A DNA stretch of 64,000 bases from Acidobacteriota bacterium (lineage in GTDB: Bacteria; Acidobacteriota; Vicinamibacteria; Vicinamibacterales; UBA823). Position 1 is the first letter of the stretch, and each line of letters starts with the position of its first letter. The notes under the pieces were generated by a model that saw only the letters and a list, made by a program, of their open reading frames with translations, made no database searches and had not been told where the DNA came from. A program made the translations under genes and the position numbers. The stretch spans positions 5,362 through 69,361 of the forward strand of contig PCAK01000004.1 of assembly GCA_002730525.1 (NCBI GenBank). Direction: 5' to 3'. Of the stretch, positions 28,257 through 37,479 are shown piece by piece.

Positions 28257-28951
28257 GCCTCGAGCGCCTGCACCATCCGGAGCTGGATGAGGCCGCCGTT
28301 CGCCCGGGCGTCGTCGTAGAACTCCACATTCAGTTCGTGGGCGCCAGCTGCATCGTCCAGTTCGCCCATGTCGACCAGCCGGTTGGCGACACCGATCAGG
28401 GTGTCGACCCGGAAGTCGTAGGCATTGGAGGCAAAATAGCGGGACCGCGCCGTCCGGTAGGTCGACGTCAAGGCATCGAGGTCGTCGTTCTCGTACTCCG
28501 TCACGAGGAGCTCGGAGAGCGGCATCGGGTTCACGCGGCCGGCGTGGCAGGTGTCACAGGTGACGCGAACCTCGGGCGTGGCGCGGCGCTCGAGCGTGTT
28601 GAGATACCCGGCGTTGATCTCACGGACCATCGACATCATCACCCGCGCCGTCGCCTTCGCCGGCTTCTCGTCGGAGGCGAAATCCCAGTTCTGGCGCGTC
28701 GTGTCGACCGAGCCGACGTGGCAGTGGAAGCATCCCTCGTTGGCGCGGCGCGGCAGGCCGAGGCCCTACAGGTTCGCGAGCATGATCTCGTTCATCTCGG
28801 CCTGGCTGATGTCGGCTGGCAGGACTTGCAGGTTCGTGTAGCGGGATTGGCCCTGCGCGGAAGGTGGCAAGGCTGTGGGCAGCAGGACGCCAAGAGCTGC
28901 CGCGAGCCATAGCGTTCTCCCCGTGAGTTCGGCCACGCGGTGCCTCGTCAT
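28118..28951 (-). pseudogene. Di-heme c-type cytochrome (reaction-centre-cytochrome-like family), interrupted by an in-frame TAG and truncated at the 3' end
   Basis: Signal peptide, then YTNLQVLPADISQAEMNEIMLANL, TAG (28766-28768), then in the same frame GLGLPRRANEGCFHCH...FASDEKPAKATARVMMSMVREINAGYLNTLE...VTCDTCHAG. Two CxxCH sites. Homology fades near 28255, where the opposite-strand AAA stub ends. Confidence 0.6.
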
Positions 28952-29082
28952 ACTCGCTCTCCCCCAGGGTCAGTCTGGTATCGGTGTTCTCTTAGACGCC
29001 GCGGCGGCTTGGGCGGTTCTCGCATGGTAGGCTGGCTCCCTGGACCGAATCGCCGATGTTGCGGCAGAGGGAGACGGACCGA

Positions 29083-29787
29083 ATGGGATGGTTCAAGGGG
29101 AGCGTAGCCGTTTTCATCGTTGTCGGCATTCTGATCGCCGGCGGCGCGGAGGCCCAACGCCGCGGCATGGGCCGCGAGATGCGCCAGATGGGTGCGGACA
29201 CCGCTGCCGGCTGGGACAGCCGGTTCGAGCGTGACGGCCACCTCTACGGTGAGGCGCCGGCGCGATTCCTCCGAGAGATTGGCGGGCGCCTGGGCGAGGG
29301 CGAGGCACTGGTCCTTGCCATGGGTGAGGGACGCAACGCGGTCTATATCGCCGAGCTTGGCTTCGATGTGACCGGCGTCGACATCTCGCCGGTCGGAGTG
29401 GCCGAGGCCGACAAGCTGGCAGCCTCACGGGGCGTCGGTATCGACGGTGTTGTCGCCAATCTCTCCGAGTGGGATCTCGGCCAGGACCGGTGGGACCTCA
29501 TCACCGACTTCTACTACCTGGATCGCGCACTGCTTCCGCGCATCGTCGCGGCCCTCAAGCCGGGCGGCTACTTCGTCCTCGAGCACTTCTCGACCGATCA
29601 CCCCGAGAAGGGCGGGCCATTCGGCCCGCGGAGTCCGGAGGCCCTGCTTGCACCGAACGAGCTGTTCGAGGCGATCGGCCCGCTGCGGGTCGTCCACTAC
29701 GAAGACCGCGTCGTGGAGCTGGACGACGGGATGCACCGCGGACCGGCGGCGCTCGTCCGACTGGTCGCGCAGAAGCCGGCCGACTGA
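29083..29787 (+). CDS. Class I SAM-dependent methyltransferase (TehB-like) with N-terminal TM segment
   Basis: ORF 29056..29787. ATG 29083 preferred (SD agggag). EALVLAMGEGRNAVYIAELGFDVTGVDIS (motif I / post-I) and LKPGGYFVLEHF. Confidence 0.75.
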   Translation: MGWFKGSVAVFIVVGILIAGGAEAQRRGMGREMRQMGADTAAGWDSRFERDGHLYGEAPARFLREIGGRLGEGEALVLAMGEGRNAVYIAELGFDVTGVDISPVGVAEADKLAASRGVGIDGVVANLSEWDLGQDRWDLITDFYYLDRALLPRIVAALKPGGYFVLEHFSTDHPEKGGPFGPRSPEALLAPNELFEAIGPLRVVHYEDRVVELDDGMHRGPAALVRLVAQKPAD

Positions 29788-29812
29788 GTACCGCGCCGAT
29801 CGAGGTGGGCGG

Positions 29813-31216
29813 GTGTGGGTCCGACGCTGCGTACCGGCCGTTGCCGCGACGCTTGCGCTTTCCTCAGGCGCCGCATCGGTGTCCGTTCAGGCCCCTGATC
29901 AGGCCCGGCCTCAGTTCTCGCGCGACACCGTCACGCTGACGATCCCTCAGGTCGACTACGAGCCGGCGATCTACTACCGCGACGGTGATCCGTACCCGCA
30001 TCTCGATCTCCGGCGGGTCGACCGCCAACGGATCGTGCAGAAGGATCACGCGGCCGTCGTCCTCGAGAACCGCTACGTCCGACTCACGCTGCTGCCGGCG
30101 ATGGGGCGGGTCTACTCGTTCGTCTACAAGCCGACCGGCCACGAGACGCTCTGGCACAACGACATTGCGACCGTCGGTGGCGCCGCCAACGACACCGGAT
30201 GGTGGCTCTGGATCGGCGGTATCGAGTACACGCTGCCGGGTGACGAGCACGGCACGACCTGGGCGTTGCCGTGGGATTGGGAGATTGCCGAGGATTCCGG
30301 CCGGCGGAAGGCGGTTCGGATGCGGGTGCGCGAACCGGGCACCGGCCTCGCGGAGACGATAGAGATCGCACTCCGACCGGATCGGGCGTTCTTCGAGACG
30401 ACGATCGGGATCACGAACCCGACGGACGAGACGATCGAGTACGCCCACTGGGTCAACCCGCAGTGGGCGCCGGGCGGTCAGAACGAACTGACCGACGGCA
30501 CCGAGTTCATCATTCCGACCGAACGGATTCTCATCGAGGGGCGGTGGCAGGCGAATCTCGGACCGAGTCCCCAGGACTGGGCGACGAGCCCGCTCCGGTT
30601 CATCGACGGCTGGTCGGCGATGGGCGACCTGATGGCCGATGGTCTCGCGCATGGCTTCTACAGCGCGTATTCGCACGACGCCGGCGAAGGGATCGTTCGG
30701 GTGTTCGACCCGGAGGTGACGCCCGGCGTCGACGTCTGGACCTACGGCCACCGGCCGACCGGGATCCCGATGGGCTCGAGCGCGCCGAACGCCGGCTACG
30801 CCGAGATGTGGGGTGGCACCAGCCGGACGTATCCCGATGAGCGACGGCCGCTGTCGCCGGGTGAAGCGATCGAATGGACCGAATGGATGTACCCGTACCA
30901 TGGGACCGGCGGCCTGACCTTCGCGAATCGTGACCTCGCCGTCACGCTCCGCGTATCGGCCGACACCGGTCGCGCGACGATTGCGCTCTGTCCGTCAGGT
31001 GCGTGGCGGGGAACGGTCGAACTCCTGGGCGGAGGCTCAGGCGCGGCCGGCGCCCCGCAACAGCGCTGGGAACTGTCGATCGACCCGACGACGCCATTCC
31101 TTGAACTGGTCGATTTGGCCGAGTTCGACGCGTTGACCCCGGCCGACCTGCGGCTGCGCGTCGGCTCCGACCGCGAGGGGTGGATGGAAATCCTGGCCGA
31201 GCCCGACCCGCGCTAG
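29813..31216 (+). CDS. Secreted protein, DUF5107-like / mutarotase-fold carbohydrate-binding protein (tentative)
   Basis: ORF 29447..31216. The in-frame GTG 29813 precedes signal peptide VPAVAATLALSSGAASVSVQA. VVLENRYVRLTLLPAMGRVYSFVYKPTGHE...WWLWIGGIEYTLPGDEHG is reminiscent of DUF5107/aldose-epimerase-like proteins. The 5' part of the ORF is a shadow of the upstream gene. Confidence 0.5.
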   Translation: MWVRRCVPAVAATLALSSGAASVSVQAPDQARPQFSRDTVTLTIPQVDYEPAIYYRDGDPYPHLDLRRVDRQRIVQKDHAAVVLENRYVRLTLLPAMGRVYSFVYKPTGHETLWHNDIATVGGAANDTGWWLWIGGIEYTLPGDEHGTTWALPWDWEIAEDSGRRKAVRMRVREPGTGLAETIEIALRPDRAFFETTIGITNPTDETIEYAHWVNPQWAPGGQNELTDGTEFIIPTERILIEGRWQANLGPSPQDWATSPLRFIDGWSAMGDLMADGLAHGFYSAYSHDAGEGIVRVFDPEVTPGVDVWTYGHRPTGIPMGSSAPNAGYAEMWGGTSRTYPDERRPLSPGEAIEWTEWMYPYHGTGGLTFANRDLAVTLRVSADTGRATIALCPSGAWRGTVELLGGGSGAAGAPQQRWELSIDPTTPFLELVDLAEFDALTPADLRLRVGSDREGWMEILAEPDPR

Positions 31217-32535
31217 TTTCCGCCTTCGCCGATGGCGTACAGGCTGTTATAGCCGCGCAGGTAGATCGTGTCGCCGACGAGCGCCGGCGAGGCGTCGAAG
31301 CCGTCGGCAAGCGTATTGGCGGCGAGCACCTCGTAGGTCCCGCCGTGGCGGATGACGAGCGTCGTGCCGTCGCGTCCTGGGAGGTAGACACGCCCCGCCG
31401 CGCCCACCGGTGAGGCGAAGATGTTCGGGACCTCGGGCAGCCGCTGCAACTGGTAGTGGGGTGTGCCGGTCCTGGCGTCGAAGACCGACAGGAGCCCGTT
31501 GTTCCGCTTCAGGAAGTAGAGGTGGTCTTCGTACAGAAGCGGCGACGGAACGTAGGGCGTATCACGGTCGAACGCCCAGACGATCGCATCGGTGCCGGTG
31601 ATGTCGCCCTTGGCCAGCGACAGATCGACCGCCTTCAGGTCGTTCCCGCGGTAGCCGGCCATGATGATGACCAGCCCATCGGCGGCGACCGGCGACGGGA
31701 TCGGGTTCATCGTCATGCCGTCGGCGTACCAGACGACGTCACCGTTCTCCAGGTCGTAGCTGAACAGCTGATCGCGGCCGCTCACGATGATCTGGGCGCC
31801 GCCGCCGTGTTCGACGATGAGCGGCGTCGCCCAGGAGTCAATTTCGTCGCGGTTCGTCCGCCAGACCTCTTCGCCGGTGGCGGCGTCGAGCGCGGCGACG
31901 AACGACTGACCCTGATGGTCCCAGACGACGACGAGCCGGTCGCCGTGCAACGCCGGCGTCGTGCCCTCACCGAACTGGTTCCGCATCGTCTTGTCGCCGA
32001 AGTCGTTCTCCCAGACGAGCGCGCCATCCATGGTGTAGGCGTAGAGGCCCTCGGACTCGAACGATGCGAACACCAGTTCTCCGTTCGTGACGGCTGAACT
32101 CGATGCCCAGCTGCCGTTCTCACCGTGCGTCGCCTCGTGCGGCGTATTCTCGCGGGCGGTTCGCTCCCAGATGATGCTGCCGTCGTGGCGATCGATCGCC
32201 ATCACCATGAACTGGTGAAGGTCACGCGGGCTGTACCCACCGCGGGGTTCGTGCGCGGCGTCGTCGGCGACGTTGGTGGGCACGGCGGTCAGGAGGAAGA
32301 GCTGGTCGCCCCAGATGACGGGCGAGCCCGAGCCGCGGCCGGGCACCTCGATCTTCCATCTGATGTTCTCGGTCTCGCTCCACTCGAGCGGCGGCGTGGC
32401 GTCGGCCGACGCTCCGGTTGCCGTCGGCCCGCGCCACTGCGGCCAGTGGGCCTCGCCGGACTGCGCCGCGGCGGGGGCGGCCCAGGCCGTAACGATGACA
32501 AGAACCAGGAGCCACAGGAGCGGTCGTCGGGTCAC
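31213..32535 (-). CDS. PQQ-like (BamB-type) beta-propeller repeat protein, secreted
   Basis: ORF 31213..33117. Start moved to GTG 32535 (SD ggagga, signal peptide LLWLLVLVIVTAWAAPAAAQ). HWPQWRGPTATGAS...SGSPVIWGDQLFLL and repeated DG..VW blades. The stop overlaps the convergent gene's stop. Confidence 0.75.
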   Translation of the reverse strand: MTRRPLLWLLVLVIVTAWAAPAAAQSGEAHWPQWRGPTATGASADATPPLEWSETENIRWKIEVPGRGSGSPVIWGDQLFLLTAVPTNVADDAAHEPRGGYSPRDLHQFMVMAIDRHDGSIIWERTARENTPHEATHGENGSWASSSAVTNGELVFASFESEGLYAYTMDGALVWENDFGDKTMRNQFGEGTTPALHGDRLVVVWDHQGQSFVAALDAATGEEVWRTNRDEIDSWATPLIVEHGGGAQIIVSGRDQLFSYDLENGDVVWYADGMTMNPIPSPVAADGLVIIMAGYRGNDLKAVDLSLAKGDITGTDAIVWAFDRDTPYVPSPLLYEDHLYFLKRNNGLLSVFDARTGTPHYQLQRLPEVPNIFASPVGAAGRVYLPGRDGTTLVIRHGGTYEVLAANTLADGFDASPALVGDTIYLRGYNSLYAIGEGGN

Positions 32536-32633
32536 GGATCGTTCCTCCAAGTGTTCGTCGTGTCGAACATCATGACGATGCCGGGCTCGGGGCCGTTTCA
32601 GGCCTTGGTTGCCCCAACGACGGCATGGTGACG

Positions 32634-34946
32634 TCACCGTCCTGCAATCGTACCCAGCTCGTACTCCTTCGGCGGTTCGGCGCCGAGCAGGTGCTCCACA
32701 AAGTAGTCCCAGCGCCGCCGCATCCAGTACGGCTCGCGGCCGAAGCCGTGGCCGCGGTTCGGGAACATGACCAGATCGAAGTCCTTGTTGGCCGCGATCA
32801 ACGCGTCGACGACCAGCAGCGTGTTCGACGGCGGCACGTTGCTGTCCATCGTGCCGTGCGCCAGCAGCAGCTTCCCCTTCAGGTTCTCGGCAAGCAGCTG
32901 GTTCGCCTGGTTGTCGTAGTTCGTCGTGCCATCGGGGTCCGTTTCGAGAAGTCCCTGCCACTTCTCGGCCCAGTCGTCCTCGTAGTTCCGGTTGTCGTGG
33001 TTGCCGGCGCCAGAGACCGCGACCTTGTAGAAGTCGGGATAGCGGAGGATGGCGTCGGTCGAAGCGAAGCCGCCGCCCGAGTGTCCCCAGATGCCGACCC
33101 GGTCGAGGTCCATCCATGGATGCCGCCCCGCCAGTTCCTGGATCATCGCGATCTGATCGGGCAGCCCGTTGTCGCCCATGTTCCCGTAGTAGACGTCGTG
33201 GAACGACTTCGACCGCCCCGGCGTGCCCATCGCGTCGACCTCGACGACGATGAACCCGAGCTCGGCGATCGCCTGCTTATCCGCGCGGGCCGGCCGGAAC
33301 GCGCGGCTGCCGACGCTGCCGCCCTGTGGGCCCGGATAGAGGTAGTTGAGCACCGGGTAGGAGCGTGACTGGTCGAGAACAGACGGCTGATACATCAGGC
33401 CGTGGAGATCGGTCACGCCGTCGCGCGCAGTGACGGTGAACGGAATCGGCGCTTGCCAGCCATGCGCCTCGAGGCGTGAGATGTCGGTCTCCTCGAGTGT
33501 CATGACCGAGTTGCCATCGGCCCGGCGCAGGACCGCGGCGCCAGGCGTCGCCGGCGTCGAGTAGTTGTCGACGAAATAGTCGCCCGACGCCGACAGCGTG
33601 ACGGCGTGGTGCGCCGGCTCGGGTGTCAGCAGCTCCAGGTCCGAACCGTCCATGCCGATCCGGTACAGGTAGTGGAAGTAGGGATCGCCCGGCTCCCGCC
33701 CGGCTGCCGTGAAGTACAGCATCCGGTTAGGCTTGTCGATCCGCCGCAGCTGGAGCACCGTCCAGTCGCCAGACGTGATCCGGTGCTTCAGCTCGCCGCG
33801 CTCGAGGTCGTACAAGTAAAGGTGGCCCCAGTTGTCCCGTTCCGAGAACCAGATCGCCTCGTTCGACTCTGGCAGGACGTGCCAGTTGACCCGGCCCTGG
33901 CCCGACTCGAAGTAGGTCTCCGCCGTCTCGCTCATCACCTCGCGCACCTCGCCGGCCACGGCGTCGGCCAGGCGGAGTGTCGCCTGCTTGTGATCGCGCG
34001 AGGACGACACGAACGCGAGCAACGACGAGTCGTCACTCCACTCGACGTCCAGCCACTGACCGCCGCGAGTCGCGACGTGGTCGGAAATCGTCGAGCGGTG
34101 CGGGTCGGGCGCCATCAGCAGGTCCACGACACGCGCATCGTCGACGTGGGCGACGATGCGGCGCATCGTGAAGATGTGGTCGTCGCCGGCCAGCGGGTAC
34201 TTCCAAGCCTCTAACTCCGAGTGTCCGACCTCGGTCGACACCAGGTACATCTCGCCGACGTTGCGGCCGTCGTGCTGAAAGGTCGCGATCTTCTCGGAAT
34301 CGGGCGACCAGAGCAGAACGGGCTGGTCGCTGCGGACCCACCCCGCGTTGTTGGTCGCGTAGCCGTAGTGCTCGGCGCCGTCGGCCGTGAGCTGGGTCTC
34401 GTCACCCGTCGGCAGGTCGCGTACCCACAGGTTGTAATCGCGAATGAAGGCGGCGCGCCGGCCGTCGGGTGAGACGATGGCGTTTCGCGCCGCCGCGACT
34501 TCCTCGCGCAGTACCCGGCTACAGACGTGGCTCTCGATGACGCAGGTGTACTGGCGTCCGCGTGAGCCGAAGGTGATCGAGGCCCCGTCGTCGGCGAAGC
34601 GGCCCTGCGCGGGCAGGTCGAATGCGTCGAAACTCTGGTCGTTTCCGGTCGCGGCGCCGAGCGCGTCGGCCAGCCGCTCGTGGTCGAAGGCGCGCGCCCG
34701 GGTTCCGTCGGCCGGGTCGGCGATCACGAACTCACGGCCCTCGGGAATCCGGTTCTGGTAGGCGAGTCGATCGCCGTCGAGCCATGTAGCGCTCGTGATG
34801 ACGCCCGTCACCAGCGGGTCGGTCTGGCCGCCCAGAAACCGCTCGGCCCGGGCGTAATCGTCGGCGGTCACGACCGGCTGCGCGAGCGTCGAAGCCGGTA
34901 GCAACACGGGCAGTACGAACAGCAACGAGAGTGTGTAGCGCATCAA
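32634..34946 (-). CDS. Dipeptidyl-peptidase IV-type S9 serine peptidase, secreted
   Basis: Signal peptide MMRYTLSLLFVLPVLLPASTLAQ. DPP-IV N-terminal propeller followed by WGHSGGGF (Ser), GTMDSNV (Asp) and NRGHGF (His). Confidence 0.85.
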   Translation of the reverse strand: MMRYTLSLLFVLPVLLPASTLAQPVVTADDYARAERFLGGQTDPLVTGVITSATWLDGDRLAYQNRIPEGREFVIADPADGTRARAFDHERLADALGAATGNDQSFDAFDLPAQGRFADDGASITFGSRGRQYTCVIESHVCSRVLREEVAAARNAIVSPDGRRAAFIRDYNLWVRDLPTGDETQLTADGAEHYGYATNNAGWVRSDQPVLLWSPDSEKIATFQHDGRNVGEMYLVSTEVGHSELEAWKYPLAGDDHIFTMRRIVAHVDDARVVDLLMAPDPHRSTISDHVATRGGQWLDVEWSDDSSLLAFVSSSRDHKQATLRLADAVAGEVREVMSETAETYFESGQGRVNWHVLPESNEAIWFSERDNWGHLYLYDLERGELKHRITSGDWTVLQLRRIDKPNRMLYFTAAGREPGDPYFHYLYRIGMDGSDLELLTPEPAHHAVTLSASGDYFVDNYSTPATPGAAVLRRADGNSVMTLEETDISRLEAHGWQAPIPFTVTARDGVTDLHGLMYQPSVLDQSRSYPVLNYLYPGPQGGSVGSRAFRPARADKQAIAELGFIVVEVDAMGTPGRSKSFHDVYYGNMGDNGLPDQIAMIQELAGRHPWMDLDRVGIWGHSGGGFASTDAILRYPDFYKVAVSGAGNHDNRNYEDDWAEKWQGLLETDPDGTTNYDNQANQLLAENLKGKLLLAHGTMDSNVPPSNTLLVVDALIAANKDFDLVMFPNRGHGFGREPYWMRRRWDYFVEHLLGAEPPKEYELGTIAGR

Positions 34947-35052
34947 GACTCCCTGCGAACTGTGAATGCCAGAGGCGGTCTGAGCAGTCTACACTGGCGT
35001 CCCGCTCCTCGCCACACTCGGCCGGGCCCGGTCGAATCGAGCGGCTATCGAG

Positions 35053-37398
35053 TCACATCGATGAGAGGATTCTCACGGTGTCGGCGGCGGCTTCGGTCGG
35101 GTCGAGGGCGGTGTCGGCTATGCCGGAGACGACTTTCGTCAGGTTGTGATCGGTGAGCCCGGGGGTGGCCCAGGTCGTTGTCGGAGCGCGGGTGATGTAG
35201 ACGGAGAAGGCGTGGTGGCCGGAGCCTGGACGTTCACCGACGATGTGGAGGATTGACCGCTTGAATCCGCCAGCTCCCGAACCTCCGAAGAGCAATTCGC
35301 CGATTCGGTAGCCGGCGCGGACGCGGCCGGCGGTGACGACGATGTGCTCGGGCGCGAGGTTGAAACCGGCCTTGCCAAGCTCGGGGCGAAGCACCCTCAG
35401 AAAAGGCTGCAGGTGTCCCTCGTCGATCAACGCATAGGCGTTGAGACCGTCCGAAATCACGATCTGCGCATCGTAACGATCGTCCCGGTTCGCCGCCAGC
35501 CGACGAATCGCTCGTTCTGACGATGGACGGAGCGTCTCGCCGGTGGGAGGGTGCAGGATGTAGTCTCTGCGGCTCTCCGACGTCGTGGCCACCTCGAGAC
35601 TCGGCTTCACACCTGAGGCGAAATCCGTGGGCAATTCGGCCCAGATCGATTCCTTCGAGTCCCGATAGAGGTGCCGAATCTGACGATCGAGCTCGGAATC
35701 CAGCTGCCAGACCTCTCGGCCGTGGCTCTCGGCGATGAAGACTCCGCGGCTCCGAACGTCCTCGATGTGACGCCGACCTTCAACGAGGATCTCCGCCGCC
35801 GGGCGCCGGTCCCCTCTTCGCTGTCGGTATTTCATGTAGACCCACGCGGGCTGGCCGAAGTGCCGAGTCGGGTGCCCGTCGGTGTCGATGACCTCGAGGT
35901 CCTTGAAGAAGCGCCACATCGCGTCGTCGACCTTGTAGCCAAGCTTCTCGCGGATGCGGACATGATCCTGGAAGCCGGTCGTCAGGTAGCTCAACATCGG
36001 GTCGTTCTTCGTCGGAAGCGCCATCAGATAGGCCGGATTGGCCGGCAGGATCCGGTCGATGCACCAGTTGAGGTCGTCCAAGTCGACGTCCATGTGCAGG
36101 GTTGAACAGATGTCGAGCCCGATCGTCAGGCCGTGGAGCTTGCCCGCAACGGTGTCTTCAAGGCAGCAGCGGACCAGCTGTTCGCGCGTCCGGAAAATCT
36201 CCGGTCCGATGAAGCCCGCAACGTCATTGACGTGGACCCACGGCGCCGGCGGCCTATCCGCATCTTGCTGCGCCTCCGCCACACGCGCTTTCAGGGCGCG
36301 CGCGAAACCGTACTTGCGGGCCTCGTGGATCACCATGTCGAAGCCCTTGCCGTGTCCGTTCGTGGCGTCGGCACCCTGACCGGTCTCGAAGTAGAGTCCG
36401 TACTTGCCGGTTCGGCTGGCGGCGTGATCTACCATCTTTTGAACGGTGAGATCGAACGTCGTGTTGGCGTCCGCGACTCCCTCCAGACTCTGAAACCAGA
36501 TTCCAGTCGTTCCGGGAGCGCGGCGTTCGACTTCGGCCTGGACGTCGATGTGCGACAGGACGCACTGGGGAAGCATCTCTTCCAGTCCGAAGGTGTCGAG
36601 AATCTCTGCCAGCGTATTTTCGATCGCTGCTACCGACTCGATCTCACTCGAGACGGGGTTGGTCCCCAGGACGACGTCGCCGACCGCGTACGCCCACCCG
36701 TTGAACACCTGCCATCGGATGTCGTCCACGTTGTCGGTCGGCGAATTCGGCTGGATCCTCGCGCCCATGTAGCCTCTGGCGCCGATCTTCGAGCCGGGCA
36801 GGGGATTGAACACCTTGCGGCCGATCCGGATCAGCTCGTCGTTAGTCATCAGCTTGACTACACAGCCAATGATGTCGCTGGGTAGACCCGGCATGATCTT
36901 CTGGATCTCGTCTTCGCTGCTGCTGAGCAAGAACTTCTTCAGCTCGTCAACGGTCCAGCCACTGAGCGTCTCGGTGACCGTCCGGTCGACCGACTCTTCG
37001 ATGAACGAGTACAGTTCATCTTCAAAAACGGGGTTGTCGATCAGGTCGCCGATTCGAGTGTTCCCAAGGAGCTCCCGCGCCCGCGTGCGCGTTTCTTCGT
37101 CGCGTGCCGCAACGCCTATGGCCTGATCACCTTCTTTGAACTCGTTTGCGGTGCCCAGCAGCTGTCGATAGAACGTTGCGTCGAATTGCCCCCTGTTCTG
37201 CGAAATATGTGAGAAAAGGTCCTGACCGCGGGTTGCCATCCTGGCTGCGGAGGCATGCCCGGATCGGGAGAAGGCTCCGCTGAAGGTCCAGGAGGCGGCT
37301 GCGAGAAGGCCCGAGAGGAACGACCGACGAGGGAGGGCGTGACGTTGAGTCAGTGCGTCTGCCGCATTGCTTGGAGCAGTTCGTCTGGCCTGTGTCAT
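35053..37398 (-). CDS. eutBC: Ethanolamine ammonia-lyase, EutB and EutC fused in one polypeptide, with N-terminal twin-arginine-like extension
   Basis: EutB-like: GDQAIGVAARDEETRTRA, LYFETGQGADATNG, VAGFIGPEIF, GKLHGLTIGLDICSTLH. EutC-like tail: AQIVISDGLNAYA, HIVGERPGSGHH. N-terminus: ALPRRSFLSGLLAAASWTFSGAFSRSGHASAA. Confidence 0.85.
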   Translation of the reverse strand: MTQARRTAPSNAADALTQRHALPRRSFLSGLLAAASWTFSGAFSRSGHASAARMATRGQDLFSHISQNRGQFDATFYRQLLGTANEFKEGDQAIGVAARDEETRTRARELLGNTRIGDLIDNPVFEDELYSFIEESVDRTVTETLSGWTVDELKKFLLSSSEDEIQKIMPGLPSDIIGCVVKLMTNDELIRIGRKVFNPLPGSKIGARGYMGARIQPNSPTDNVDDIRWQVFNGWAYAVGDVVLGTNPVSSEIESVAAIENTLAEILDTFGLEEMLPQCVLSHIDVQAEVERRAPGTTGIWFQSLEGVADANTTFDLTVQKMVDHAASRTGKYGLYFETGQGADATNGHGKGFDMVIHEARKYGFARALKARVAEAQQDADRPPAPWVHVNDVAGFIGPEIFRTREQLVRCCLEDTVAGKLHGLTIGLDICSTLHMDVDLDDLNWCIDRILPANPAYLMALPTKNDPMLSYLTTGFQDHVRIREKLGYKVDDAMWRFFKDLEVIDTDGHPTRHFGQPAWVYMKYRQRRGDRRPAAEILVEGRRHIEDVRSRGVFIAESHGREVWQLDSELDRQIRHLYRDSKESIWAELPTDFASGVKPSLEVATTSESRRDYILHPPTGETLRPSSERAIRRLAANRDDRYDAQIVISDGLNAYALIDEGHLQPFLRVLRPELGKAGFNLAPEHIVVTAGRVRAGYRIGELLFGGSGAGGFKRSILHIVGERPGSGHHAFSVYITRAPTTTWATPGLTDHNLTKVVSGIADTALDPTEAAADTVRILSSM

Positions 37399-37406
37399 CC
37401 CGATGA

Positions 37407-37425
37407 GCCCCTGAGATTCAGGGGC
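37407..37425 (-). promoter_or_regulatory. 7-bp GC hairpin overlapping the putative SD of eutBC
   Basis: gcccctg / caggggc with a 5-nt loop, ending 8 nt before the ATG at 37398. The only SD-like purine run (agggg) lies in one arm. Confidence 0.25.
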
Positions 37426-37479
37426 GATTGTCTCATACGTGCCGAAGACACCGAGGCCGACTGGTCACGAGGACCGTGG

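Noticed and set aside
37399-37479. An adenosylcobalamin riboswitch upstream of eutBC.
   Set aside because: Only 81 nt are available. This is far shorter than a cobalamin riboswitch aptamer, and I do not see the B12-box-like sequence.
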